This document shows positions 24,541 to 38,000 of a stretch of DNA of 64,000 nucleotides, piece by piece; the first letter of the stretch is position 1, and each line of letters begins with the position of its first letter. A program made the translations under genes and the position numbers. This stretch comes from the human T2T-CHM13v2.0 reference genome, Homo sapiens, in assembly GCF_009914755.1 (NCBI RefSeq), contig NC_060935.1; one strand, written 5' to 3'. Under the pieces are notes generated by a model, which saw nothing but the letters and a program-made list of their open reading frames with translations, had not been told where the DNA came from and ran no database searches.

Positions 24541-25659
24541 GAAAAAAAAAAAAAAAACCTCAGGGTAAAAAGAAAGAAATCATGTCTTTCGATCTTATGA
24601 AACTGAATGTGGTTGTAATATATTTAAAGAATGATTCTGCTCAGTGTCCTTGGAGCCACAGTTGTCCAAGTCTTGGGCCCTAGATGAGACTTTGGACTGT
24701 GCTGGGAAGAGCACTAGGCTATAAGTCTGCAGGCCCTTCTTCTCCTCGCCCAGTCCATGACCCTCGGAAAGCTATTTCCAGTGTCTTGGGGAAAGAGGAA
24801 AATATCAAACTGGATTATCATTAAAACATCCTGTGAGTCTCTTATTCTCTAGTCTGTCAAACTGTCAAACTTATGACCAAAAAAAAAAAAAAAAAAAATG
24901 TACTTTCATCAGACTAGTGAAACAAGAACTGAACTAGAGGTCCCCATTCTGGTCCCAGTTCTACTACTAAATAATTAAGACCTTGAGCAAACCACAGGAT
25001 CCCTAGAGACTTCAGAGTCTTCATCTGCAAAATGAGGGTGATGAACTGGATAAACTCTACAGTGCCTTCTGATGCTAATGCTCTATTCTATTCCATAAAA
25101 GATTAAATTGGTCAGCACTACCATGGAGGGGTCAGTTCTGAATGTCACCAATTGCATTTCAATCTGCCTACAATGGGCTTTCTCTTCTCACAATGAGAAT
25201 TAGTTATATGTTCTTTCCCTGTGTTTAAAGATCTTCTATTCTAAAAATGTAAGGCAGATACTTGCCTCCTCTTTCTTTTGAGATAGCTCCGCAAATAAGG
25301 TTGCCCTTTTCCTCACTCCTCCCCAGGTACCACTCTTGGAGGAGGATAGAACTATCCAGGCAGAGGGGGAATGAGGGTTGCCTAAAGAAATATCAAATTG
25401 TCACTCAGGTTTCCAAGTACAAATTGAAAAAATAACCTGGACATTAGTCAGACAGATGATAAAGGTAGAGTCAGCCAAAAGGAGAAGGATCTCAGAGGGA
25501 AGATGGGGTAGGGAAAGGGAAATTGATAGTTAACTAGGAAACAAACATCAGGTTTCTCTTCAGACAGCAAAAAGGAACTGCTTGTAGGAGACAGCAAGGC
25601 AGACAAATCTAAGGGTAAGACAAAATAGCATGCATCCTCAACTCCATGGGCAGCTAATC

Positions 25660-26410
25660 AGCTACTAGTCCTAGAAATTCCACCTCCCTGATATTCTGAA
25701 CCTATTTACTTCTCTCCATTATTGCTGCCATAACCTTAGTTCAAGTTCTCCGCAACTTAGCCCTCAATCACTGTCACAGTTTTCTGACTTGCCTCTTATC
25801 TCTCCCTTTCTCCAATCCATCTTTCACCCTGCCATCACAGTGATCTTTCTAAAACACTATTTTAAACAGCCACTCTTCTACTTCAGATCTTTCAATGGCC
25901 CCTCATCACCTTCAGAACAAAATAGGAGTCCTATACAATCTGGTTCCAGATGACCTCTCCTGTCTCATCCCTCACCATCCCTACAGGCTCTGCTCCAGTC
26001 ATGCTGAAGTGCTTGCAGTTTCCTGAATGTGCAGCTTTGGATCTTCATATAAGCAGCTCTTTTTGCCTGAAACTCTGCCCTCTCCACAACTCCCCCAACC
26101 ACCACCATCATCACTCACTCACTCTAAGGCAATTTCCGCTCATCCCTTAGGAGTCAGTTCAGACATGATCCCCTCCGAGAAGACTGTTCTGACCAGCTCC
26201 CTCAAATCTGGATGACATATCCCTCCTCTTATGCTCCACAAACATCTTATGTTTATGCCATCACAACCATTTCCATATTGAATTGTAAAGGGCTCCTGAT
26301 TCCTTGATCTCCTCAACCATATTTTAACATCTTGGAACTCTAAATACAGTGCTTGACATCAGTATTCAGAAAACAGTTGATGAATGAGTGAGTGAGTAAA
26401 TAAATAAATG
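25660..26410 (+). mobile_element. L2 LINE fragment
   Basis: CTCCAATCCATCTTTCAC...AGTGATCTTTCTAAAAC...CTTTCAATGGCCCCTCA; tail GATGAATGAGTGAGTGAG. Confidence 0.75.
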
Positions 26411-27885
26411 CACGTGGGAAACCAAGCCTACCTGATAGATGGGGGAGCCTTAATGAATCAAAGCAATACTGACAGGACAAATGGTGAGAAATATGGGACA
26501 GATTAGGGAGAAAGCAGAACCAACAACAAATCTGACAGTAGAAAAAATAAAAGCAGAAACTAGTAAGAGCTCTAGCAAAGGGAAATGGATAGGGTTCCGT
26601 CATCAGCATGAGAAGCCACAGAAGAATCTCAGGGCCTGAGAGGTAAAACTTCTTCTTGCTGGAATCCATGGAACTCTCCCAAGAATAAAAAGGTATAGAA
26701 GCAGCAGAGAAATTAATAAATAGTTTAGCCTGGAATCACAGAAAAAACCTGGGGCTAAAGCCAGAATAAGCCTAGGCAGATCAAAGGGAAGATGCTGGTA
26801 GAAGGAGCCAGGAGTTACAATGGAAAGAGGACCGGTTTTGGAGTTAGGTAGCTCCACCACTTACTACCTCTGTGACCTTGGGCAAGTCAAGCCATTGTTT
26901 TCCTAGGAATCTTAGATTCTTCATTGGCAAAATGGGCATATGATACCTATTTCACAGAACTATTTAAAGAAACATATGAGACATACAACACTTCGTAAAT
27001 GAAAGGAGCAATGTAATTGACAATTATTATTTGGCCAGAAGCTGTCTCTTCTGTTTGAAGGAATCCAGAGCTTATAAATTGTTCCAGATTCCTTGTGACG
27101 AGAAAGAACACATGTTGATAAAGGAATGTACTCCAAGGTATGAGGAACCTGATATGTTACCATTCCCAGTGGGAGATTCTGCTGGAAAGGTCAATGCTTA
27201 ATCCAAAGGAATGGTATTAATAATGATGAACTTGTAAGCAGGATCAGGGCCCAGCTGGGATGGCACAGAATAATGTGTTATTTTGTGTAACTATCAGAAT
27301 ATAGATGTCTTCTTGATGATATGGCTAAGGTATCATCATGCTATTAGAGTCAAATAAAGGACAAACCAGAACTACATTTGTGCAGAGTGGAGTGGCAGAA
27401 GTGTCACCTGAATAGTGATCATCCTGGATATATCTCTCAAACTGAATAAAGGAAGTGTGTATTCAGAGAAGTAGAAACCAGGTCCTCCAATCTTAGACAT
27501 TAAAATGTCATATATCCAAGAAGGAGCTCCTGGGGGGAAAGTTTCTGATTAGACCTCCCACAGAGGCAAGGGGCTGCAGCTGGAAAGCAGAGGACCAGGC
27601 TAGAGTTAGGGGAGTTGCATCCACCCCTTAGGGCCAGAGACTGAGTGTCCTAGACTAAGTGAGCCAGATGCTTCACATTTCTTCTCTCTTTGTCTAGTTC
27701 CCTATCTCTCATGCACTATCATTCAGACAAGTCAGAACACTGCCAGCCTGCCTCAGCTGCACTCAGGGGACTCACAGTAAGGTCAGGGTCCAAACTTGGA
27801 TCAAGGGGTTAAAGGAGGCCTACAGTTCCCCTAAGATCCAAAAGAGGTGAATTCAGAGGAACAGACTTGGAACCATTTGCCACCT

Positions 27886-27928
27886 ACACACACACACACA
27901 CACACACACTCTCTCTCTCTCTCTCTCT
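27886..27928 (+). repeat. (CA)n(CT)n compound microsatellite
   Basis: Read directly. Confidence 0.95.
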
Positions 27929-27961
27929 TTCCCTCCAAGGCTAAATCTTGTAAGTTCAGGG

Positions 27962-28268
27962 TTGGTTAGTTGGTTTGCTTAGAGACAGGGTCTCACTGTG
28001 CTACCCAGGTTAGAATGCAGTGGTGAACTCATAGCTCACTGTAACCTCAAACTCTTGGGCTCAAGCAATCCTCCTGCCTCAACCTCCCGAGTAGTTAGGA
28101 CTACAGGCATGTGCCACCACGCCCAGCTAATTAAAAAAAATTTTTTTATAGAGATGGAGTCTTGTTATGTTGTCGAGGCTGGTCTTAAATTCCTGGCTTC
28201 AAGCAATTCTCTCCCGCTTTAGTCTCCTAAAGAGCTGGGATTATAGCCATGAGCCATCATGTCTGGCC
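27962..28268 (-). mobile_element. Alu (AluJ-like)
   Basis: Reverse Alu dimer with degenerate tail. Confidence 0.95.
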
Positions 28269-29027
28269 TGTTGTGGGTTTGTTTTAATAAGCTAAATCAT
28301 GGGAATTTGTCGTCTGAAGTCTCCCTAATATTTTGCAAATCATACACCATTCACTCATTCATTCATTCATTCTACTTTTACTGAAAACCAACTATATGCC
28401 CAGCATAGGCGAAGAGGACATAGAGAAAAAAAATCAGAAATTACATGTGCCCTCAGAAGATGTCCAATGTAGATGAAGAAGAAAGATATCTATACTGAAA
28501 GCCACTTTAAAAAAAAAAGGCAAAACCAAAAATCTGGCTGTGAATCAGTAACAAATACGCTAATACAAAGCATCAGTGCTGGGGATAGAGGAGGGTGGCC
28601 AGGAGGGCCTCGTGGCTCAGGTGGGTAGACAAGACCTCACAGATCAAGTAGAACCTAAGCTGGACCTTACAGAAGAAGCAATATTTAAATAAAAGTCAGG
28701 GAGGGAAAATAGTACTTCAAGACTGTGGCAACATTCATTCAACAAACGCTTATTAAACACCTATTCTGTGCCAGACATGGGGCACATGAGATGAATAAGA
28801 GAGGAACATCAACAAATACTTTTGAAGAACTTAATATGTATCAGGTAATGTTTTAAGCACTTTACCTACTCAATCTTCCCTGCAATCCAATATGGTAAAT
28901 TACTGTTATAACCCTCATTTTACAAATGAGAAAAATGAGGCAGAGGAAAGGTGAGTAACTTGTATGAGTGATGGGGCCAGGATTCATGTCTGGCTCTGGG
29001 AAGTTTTTTGTTTAAGTTTTATTGAGG

Positions 29028-29132
29028 TATTTTATATATATTATATATATATTATATATAATATATATATTTTATATATTAAAATATATATAAAATATAT
29101 ATACACACATATATATACACACACACATATAT
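29028..29132. repeat. Imperfect (TA)n/(CA)n low-complexity tract
   Basis: Read directly. Confidence 0.9.
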
Positions 29133-29181
29133 TTAATGTGTGTAATTTGATAAGTTTTGACATATGTACACACTAGTAAAA

Positions 29182-29532
<351 letters not shown>

Positions 29533-31989
29533 TGATGAGCATATCTATCACCAAAAAGTCCCCTCGTACAGCCCTGAGCAGTTTTTGAATGACAACTCAT
29601 TAATGGAAGCAGGGAAGTCAAGTGGAGGTAGCTGGGTAGTAGTTTGGAGTTTAAAAAAATGACAAATTTAGCTTTGGATATGATGAGTTTGAGCTTATAT
29701 TCAGCAAATAGTCAAAAACAGGGAACTAGAGAGGGGCTTGGTAAGTGGAGGTGGGAATACTGATTCCAGAATAAAGATAAAAGTAAGACCCTATCCAAGA
29801 GGGAGAAACAAAACAAAACAAACAGAGAGAAGAGCAGGGGCTAAGAACTGAATCTGGGAGACATACAGTATAGAAGAGAAGAAGAGAAGATGGTGAAGGA
29901 GACAGGGGGATGACAAGGAGAAATACACAGTGTTATGAAAACCAACAGAGAACAAAGCTTCTAAAAAGTTAGATGCCAGAGAAAAGTCAAGGATAATGAT
30001 GACACTGTATAAAAACATTTCAGAACCAGAAACAAACTCAGAAATGATATAATTTTTCTTTAAAAAAACACAGGGAATCTGAATACCATTTGTGGCCTAG
30101 TTAACAAGAGGTATTGTACCAATGCCCATTTCCTGATTTTGATATGATACGACAGTTACATAAGATTCTATCATTGAGGGAAGCTGGGTGAAGCGTATAT
30201 AGGATCATCTGTATCAATTTCCCTCTGAATCTATATTTCAAAATTAAAAAGTTTAAAAACCAAGGAACGAACTGAACATCATCTAATGTATGCCAGGCAT
30301 TGTACTAAACACTTTCATAATGAATGATCATTTTAATCTTCGAATAATCCTATTAAATAGATGCTATATTCCCATTTTATAGCTGACAAAAGTGAGAGGC
30401 ATAATAAAGGACTTGCGCAGAATCACCCAGCTAGATTATGAGGGAGCCAAAGCATTCACTACTTCTTCTACCACAATGTGTATACATTCCACCTAAGGCA
30501 GCCCTGACAAGTGGCCTCTCGGCTCCAGCTTCAACAAGTCACAGCCTTCATATTTTACATCCACACAACTGTAGAATAAGCTACTTTACCCTATCCTAGC
30601 CCCAGTTTTCTCATTAGTAAAATGGAGCAATAACTCTTATCTTACTTAATTCATAGGACTGCTGTGAGATTCCAATGAGATAATGGGTGCAAAGGATCCT
30701 TACAAACTGTAAAGTCTGTGCCCATCTCAGGGACTGACATTCTGAAACAAATGACTGTGAGTTAGGTCAGCCCTGGCTAAACAGACAGAGGGAAAGAAAA
30801 AATATCTGCACTAGCAACTCTTGCTTGCCTGTCCTTTTGGGTAGTATACGACCCTGGGGATGCACTGGCTACCCGCAGCATCTGGCCAAGGGCAGGCAGT
30901 CCTCTCTGCATAAGCCTGTATCAGCAATACTAGACCCAATCACCATCCTGCCTCCACTAGCCCCACTTTCTTCCAGCCCCACACACATATGGCATGCTTG
31001 CCTGTGCAGATGTCCTGTGCCTCCAAAAACTTCAGCTGTTTATAAATGAGCATCCTGCTATGAAGCTACTAGAAATACACCCTTGGGCCCCTGACCCCAG
31101 CCCTAGCTCAAAGCTGTCTTTTTGGAGGCAGGATGTTGTTAGTACACCCAGAGCTTAAGAAATTAACAGCTCCAGACACTGGTAGAGCTGACTTCATTCA
31201 TGGTGCTGGAATTAGCTAGAGAAGACACATACTGCTATTGTAAGATAATAGAAACCTATCTCAGAGGTAGCTTTGGGGGGTACTGAGTTCTGCCTGTAGA
31301 AATGCTTCTCTGGATAAAACAGCCTATCATTTCAGGAAGGAGGCTTAGCTGCACTATCTACTCCTCAGTCGTGCACAGGAAAAAGCTAGGCTAGAGAATG
31401 CCAGTGCAGACTGACTCCCCTGGCTTGATTAAAATGCAATGCCAGTGACTCCACCAAGAGAAAAGAGACCTGTGGCTGCAGTGTAGGCAGCCCTCACACA
31501 GCCTGGTTGTACAGGCTCTACTGCAGCCCTTCTCTCCAACACCAGTGATGCAGCCCTCAGTAGAGCCCACCTTACTTAGACTTTGACAACTGTTTCCTTA
31601 CTGGTCTCCCTGCCTACTTCCAAGCCATCCTCCAAGGGCAGCCAGGGAAGGCTTTGATCACATCATTTGATTAATAACCATTCACAATTCTCACTGACTA
31701 CATGACTGAATGAAGCCCAAATCCTATAGCCTGGCATTAAAGGTCTTCTCAAATTGGCCCCAGTTGACCTTTACAACATTGTTTCAATTATTTCCCTTTG
31801 TGTTCTTTAGGCTACAGCCAAAATGAACTACTTGCTGATCCCTGAACTCAGTCTGTGATTCCTGCCTCTGTACTTTGTTCATGCTGTGCACTCCATCTGG
31901 AATGCTTCCTTCTTGTCCAAATCTTACGGATTTTCAAGCCAGCTCAAATCCCACCTCATCCATGAAGTTTTCCTGACTATTCTACTAGT

Positions 31990-32395
31990 TCACATTATTT
32001 CAGCTACATATTATCAGTACCTGAGGAGCTCTTACAAAATACTGATGCCTAAGCATTATCCTCAGAGATGACGATTTAATGAATTTGGGGTAGGGCTTGG
32101 CAAGTAACATTTTTAATGTTTTTATTTTTTTAATTTATTTTATTTTATTTTTTTAGAGTTGGGGTCTTGCTCTGAACCCAGGCTGGAATGCAGTGGCACA
32201 ATCCAAGGCTGACTGCAGCCTCCAAATCCTGGGCTCAAGTGATCCTCCAGCCTCAGCCTTCTGAGTAGCTGAGACTACAGGCATGTACTACTGCCCTCAG
32301 CTAAGTATTTTATTTTATTTTATTTTTATTTATGGAGAAAGAGTGAGAGAAACTCAAGGTATTTCTAATATGCAACCATAGTTAAAAACCATTGT
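31990..32395. mobile_element. MER5-family hAT relic interrupted by a minus-strand Alu right arm (~32115-32335)
   Basis: ACCTGAGGAGCTCTTACAAAATACTGATGCCT ... TTCTAATATGCAACCATAGTTAAAAACCATTG flank the Alu sequence. Confidence 0.75.
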
Positions 32396-34579
32396 CCTCG
32401 TTAAAAGAGATCTCTCCTCTCACTGAGCTCCCATAACATTTTATCTAAATATCTTTTATGACACATAGTTTCTAGCTTCTTTCATACATATTTTATTTTT
32501 AAAGTATTTTATTGAGGGTTATTTTGTGTCAGGCACTGTTCTAGGCACTGTAATATAATAGTGATCAACACAAAGGGCCCTGCTCTCATGGAGTTTAAAT
32601 TCTGATGGGGAAACAGATACTAAACAGATAAAATAAGGTCAGATGATAAGTGCCAGTAAAAGCAGGAAAGGAATGGAGAATAAAAGAAGAGGTCCTCTCT
32701 TAGAGAATATGGTTAGGAACGGCTTTCCTTATTGCAATCTTACGTCCCTTTTAGACGGCATATTGACTGACAACAAAACCTGTGTCTAATTCATTTTTGT
32801 ATCTCTCATAGCTTTTTGTATAGTGCTTGCATAAATAGGTGCTCAATAAGTAGATGCTCGTTGTATGAATGAATGAATGAATGAATGAGTAAATGGATCA
32901 ATGTGCCTTATTAATCACTGTATCCCCCATAATGCCCAGGGCAGTACCTGAAATATACCAGATGCTGAATACATATTGGCTGAGTGGGTGAACTTGACTG
33001 AATTTTGGGACAAGTTATTTTGATGGCATATTTCCTGCGACTAGGTCATCACAAGATCACAGAATATCAAGCTCATCCTGAGATCACTGAGCTCAACCTC
33101 CCCTTTTTAAAGAGAAAACTATTCTTCAGAGATGATCACCTAACTGGCCCAAGGTCACAGAAGAAATCAAAGGGAGAGGTGATCTGAGTCCCTAGTTCTT
33201 CTGACTCTTGGTCCAGTGCTCATTCCATCAAACTGAAACACTTTTTCCATTAGCAAGAAAAAACTATTCTGAGGACCATTAACTCAGCTGACCCAAAAAA
33301 CAACTCAGATTGGCATCAGTAAAACTAAAGAAAACCTCCATTTTCTTTGATCTCATAACAGTCTTTGCTGATGACTCAAGCGTGGTACATTTCACAGACA
33401 ATCTCACCCTCACGACACCTCACTGCCCAACTCCACCACCCACAGCAAGGCATGCAGACAGGATCTCCTAGAGCAGGCAGGGGATTGGTGAATTTCCAAC
33501 TACAAATAAAACTATGAACCTTTCCCATTTTCCATCCTTAGCCAAGTTCCAATGAGATATGGTAAGGCAATGCCAGGCTACATGGGAAAGGCTAGGCAAA
33601 GAAGCCAGTGGCTGGAAAACCAGGGAGGAGCTAAAGAGTCTGGCCAGGTGAGGGACAGCAGCAGGTGCAGGGACTGTTGACGTAGTGATGGGTTGTGCTG
33701 CAACAAGTGGTTGGCCACACTGGCCTTGCTGTGGGCAAACAAACTGGCCTGAAGACAAGCAAGTAAAACCTTTTTTTTTCCATTTTTCTTAAAAGTCTGT
33801 GGAATCACAGCATCCATCTGGATGCAATGAAGACCAATTTCCTAGAATAACTTTCCAAACAAAATGCTCAAGAGAGCCAAAAGTTATACAGTTGGCATGG
33901 GCTTCCCTGGCTTTGTAGTAAATACATCGCTCTATCACCTGGCCCTTCTGTACCTCTACAGTCCAAGAATGTTCAAAATGAGGACTCTAAGGCATTTGGA
34001 GATCCTAAAGGGCTTTCTGAATCATCAAAGGAAAATTTGGCTGAGTGCAGCTTTCAGTGTCAAATTTATTATCATTATTATTATTTCTTAAAAATTGGCA
34101 TTTTGTGTTGGACATAGATGAAAGAGAAGCAGAGTAGCTGATTAACTGCAGCAGAGATTTCTAGCTTTATCTGAGCTTATAAATTACCTGGAGGCATTGA
34201 GCCCCACCAGATTAGAATCAAAGTAGAGACCTGGAAATCTGTATTTTTAGCAAGCACACCAGGTGATTCTTATGAATTGGTTAGCATAGGAAACACCAAG
34301 CTAGAAAACTATAGTATCCATTTCACAGGATTATTATCAGAATTAAGTGAAACTATATAAAGGTGTTAGCACAATACCTGGCACATAATAAGTACTCAAT
34401 AAGTGTTGGTTTTTGTTGCTGTGTAATAATTAATAAGACATTCCAAGCCTGGTCTGATAATAGTTACTCTATGGACATGTACAAGCTAAAAGGCAGAGAA
34501 TACAAATATCCTGGAGTGGAACAATCACTATCATTTATCTGTTTTTTCTTATTAACTTCATCCCTGTTATCCCCCTAGC

Positions 34580-35438
34580 ACAACGGTTCTCAAAGTGTGG
34601 TCCCTAAATCAGTAGCATCAGCATTATCTGGGAATATTATTTGAATACGGATGCAGTGAACAGGGAACACTTGTACACTGTTGGTGGGAATGTAAACTAG
34701 TACAGCCACTACAGGAAACAGTGTGGAGATTCCTTAAAGAACTAAAAGTAGAACTACCATTTGATCCAGCATTCCCACTACTGGGTATCTACCCAGAGAA
34801 AAAGAAGTCATTATACAAAAAAGATACTTGCACATGCATGTTTATAGCAGTACAATTTGCAATTGCAAAACTATGGAACCAACCCAAATGCCCATCAATC
34901 AACTAGTGGATAAAGAAACTGTGGTACATATATATGATGAAATACTACTCAGCCATAAAAAGGAATGAATTAATGACATTTGCAGCAACCTGAATGGGAT
35001 TGGAGACTATTATTCTAAGTGAAGTAACTCAGGAATGGAAAACCAAACATTGTATGTTCTCACTCATAAGTGGGAGCTAAACTATGAGGATGCAAAGGCA
35101 TAAGAATGACACAATAGACTTCAATGACTCAGGGGGGAAGGGTGGGAAGTGGGTGATGGATACAAGACTGCAAATTGGGTTTAATGTATACTGCTTGGGT
35201 AATGGGTCTCAAAAATCACACAATCACCGCTAAAGAACTTACTCATGTAACCAAATATCACCTGTTCCCCAAAAATCTATGGAAATATAAATAAATAAAT
35301 GAATAAGAAAGAAATGCAAATTCTCAAGCTCCACTCCAGACTTACTGCATGAGTATATCATCAGAGGTGAAGCCCAGAAATTCATTTCAGCAAGCTTTCC
35401 AGGTGATTCAGAAACAGGCTATAGTTCGAGAACCATCA
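34580..35438. mobile_element. MER5A split by an L1PB insertion
   Basis: GGTTCTCAAAGTGTGGTCCC...CAGCATTATCTGGGAA before the L1; GAAATGCAAATTCTCAAGCTCCACTCCAGAC...GTTCGAGAACCA after it. Confidence 0.8.
34648..35310 (+). mobile_element. L1PB (L1PB1-like) 5'-truncated LINE-1
   Basis: ORF2p C-terminal remnant [24 protein letters not shown]; 3' UTR GAGGATGCAAAGGCATAAGAATGACACAAT; A-rich tail. Confidence 0.92.
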
Positions 35439-35449
35439 CCCAAACATCT

Positions 35450-35600
35450 TGCAATTCAAAGTATGGTCTCCGTATCAGCAGCATAGGAATGCTGGAAATG
35501 CAGAATCTCAGGTCCCAACCCAGACTGACTAAATCAGATTCTGCATTTTAATGAAATCCCCAGGTGATTCATATGCACGGTATCATTTGAGAAGCACTAT
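35450..35600. mobile_element. MER5-family element
   Basis: GAAATGCAGAATCTCAGGTCCCAACCCAGACTGACTAAATCAGATTCTGCATTTTAA...TTTGAGAAGCACT. Confidence 0.85.
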
Positions 35601-36343
35601 CCTAGTCCACAGGAACTTCAGAGATGCAAATGAAACTAAATTTACTGTTGTTTTGATTATTTAAATGGGGTTTATAAGTACTTACTAGGCACTGTCCTTT
35701 ACACAGATTACCTTGTTCATCCTCATTATGCCTGTGGTAGGTATTTTTATTCCTGTTTTACAGATTAGAAAATTGAGTCTCAAATCAGTAAAGTAACTTG
35801 CTGAAGGTCACAAGCTAAGAAGTGGTACAGCTGATCATCTCTGTATGACCCGAAGTCTGTGTTCCTTTCTCCACTCCATGGTGCCTGTGGGTATAGCTAA
35901 GCAGATACCACCTGCCTGCTGGTACAAGTGGAGCACTTCAAAACAGAGACAGTCCCCAACTTATGAATGAGCAAGACTCCAAAAATGTTTTTCTAAGTCA
36001 GATGTTTGGAACTAGTGAGAGAACTACTTGTAGAAACTATTTACATCATGGCTTCTACAAGAACATGCATTCTGAATTACAGCACCAGAAGGTAGCAGCT
36101 CCCTGCAGGGTCAATACATCTGGGCTCCAGGAACTTGTCAGCACTTCATTTATATCAACATAAGAAAAAGCACCTCCAAGGCAAATCCCTCCCCAGATGT
36201 CATGGCCTGGGAAACATCCATTCATTCCCTCATTCAAAGATTTACTGCCTCCTATGGAAAAGGTGCTGTGCCAGGTGCTGTAGGTGAAAATGTCCCCATG
36301 ACTTAAGGAATTCATAATCAGTAAGATAAATAAAGCAGGAACA

Positions 36344-36344
<1 letters not shown>

Positions 36345-36386
<42 letters not shown>

Positions 36387-36412
36387 ACACACTCTCTCTC
36401 TCTCTTTCTCTC
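36345..36412 (+). repeat. (CA)n(CT)n microsatellite inside a minus-strand L2
   Basis: Read directly. Confidence 0.95.
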
Positions 36413-37515
36413 CCCCTACCTACTGGAAGTTCAGAGAATGAAGTGATCAATTAGGACCTGGACATCAGGGAAGACTTTCCAAGGAGATGCCATCTAAAGC
36501 TAGTCTGGAAAAAAAGCAGAATATGGATTAGGCAAAAAGCACTCCTGGCAAAGGGAAGAGTGTGAGCAAAGGTATAAATGTGTGAAAGAGAAGTCAAGTT
36601 ACAGAACTGCAAGTTATCCCCTTAGGTGAAGCAAAAGGTTCACTTAACGTGACTTTGGGAGATGAAACTAGAAATGCAGGACTGTGCCTCAGTAGGGAAG
36701 ACTCTAAATGCTAGGTTGAGAGAGCAGAACTTTGTACATATATAGAGAGCTGCTGCATATTACTCATCATATTACATAACAAATCATTGAACCCCAAATC
36801 CTTTTTGCAACAAACTAGGGTAAAAACAAACATTTCTGAATTGGTATTATAATTATTTCAAGTCTGCTTCCTCCATTAGACTGAATTCAAATGACTTTGA
36901 GCATTAGTAAATTCTCAAAAGATGCTGAATGTATAAACAAAGGAATGAATAAATGAGTACACTAATGAGCAGCTGAGAGGTTATAAGCAGGAGAGAGAAG
37001 GCTCAATACTGCATCATGGCCTGAAAAGGAAAGGGTAAGGGGAGGGATGGAGATGGAGAGACCGGAAGCCTCAGATCTAATGGCTAGGAGGCCACTGTGA
37101 TTAGACAGGCAAGAGTTTGGAAACAACTAGGTTAAGGGTAATGGGAATGAGGAAAAAGGGACAGAAGAGAGAGAGATGGTTACAGAACACAGTAAGTGAT
37201 TGGCAATGTGAGCAGAAAAGGAAGACATCAAAGTCTCACTGAAGTTTGGAGTCTGGGTAACAGACTCCAAACCATTTGAAAAATGGGTAGTGAAATGGAA
37301 GAGCAAGATGCATTATAGATATCACTTATTAAATCCTTACAACCCTTGAGGGTATTATCTCCCTGAACTCATCCTCTCTTATTCTCCCCCATACTCACTC
37401 CACTTGAGTCATGCCAGCTTCCTTGCTATTTCCTGAATATGCCAAGCCTGCTCCCACTTTAGGGCCTTTGCACTGGGACATGCTTCCCCAGATATCTGCA
37501 TGGCTAAGTCCCTCA

Positions 37516-38000
<485 letters not shown>

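Noticed and set aside
34721-34906. ORF with real protein similarity (L1 ORF2p C-terminus)
   Set aside because: Remnant of a 5'-truncated L1PB with stops; not a gene.
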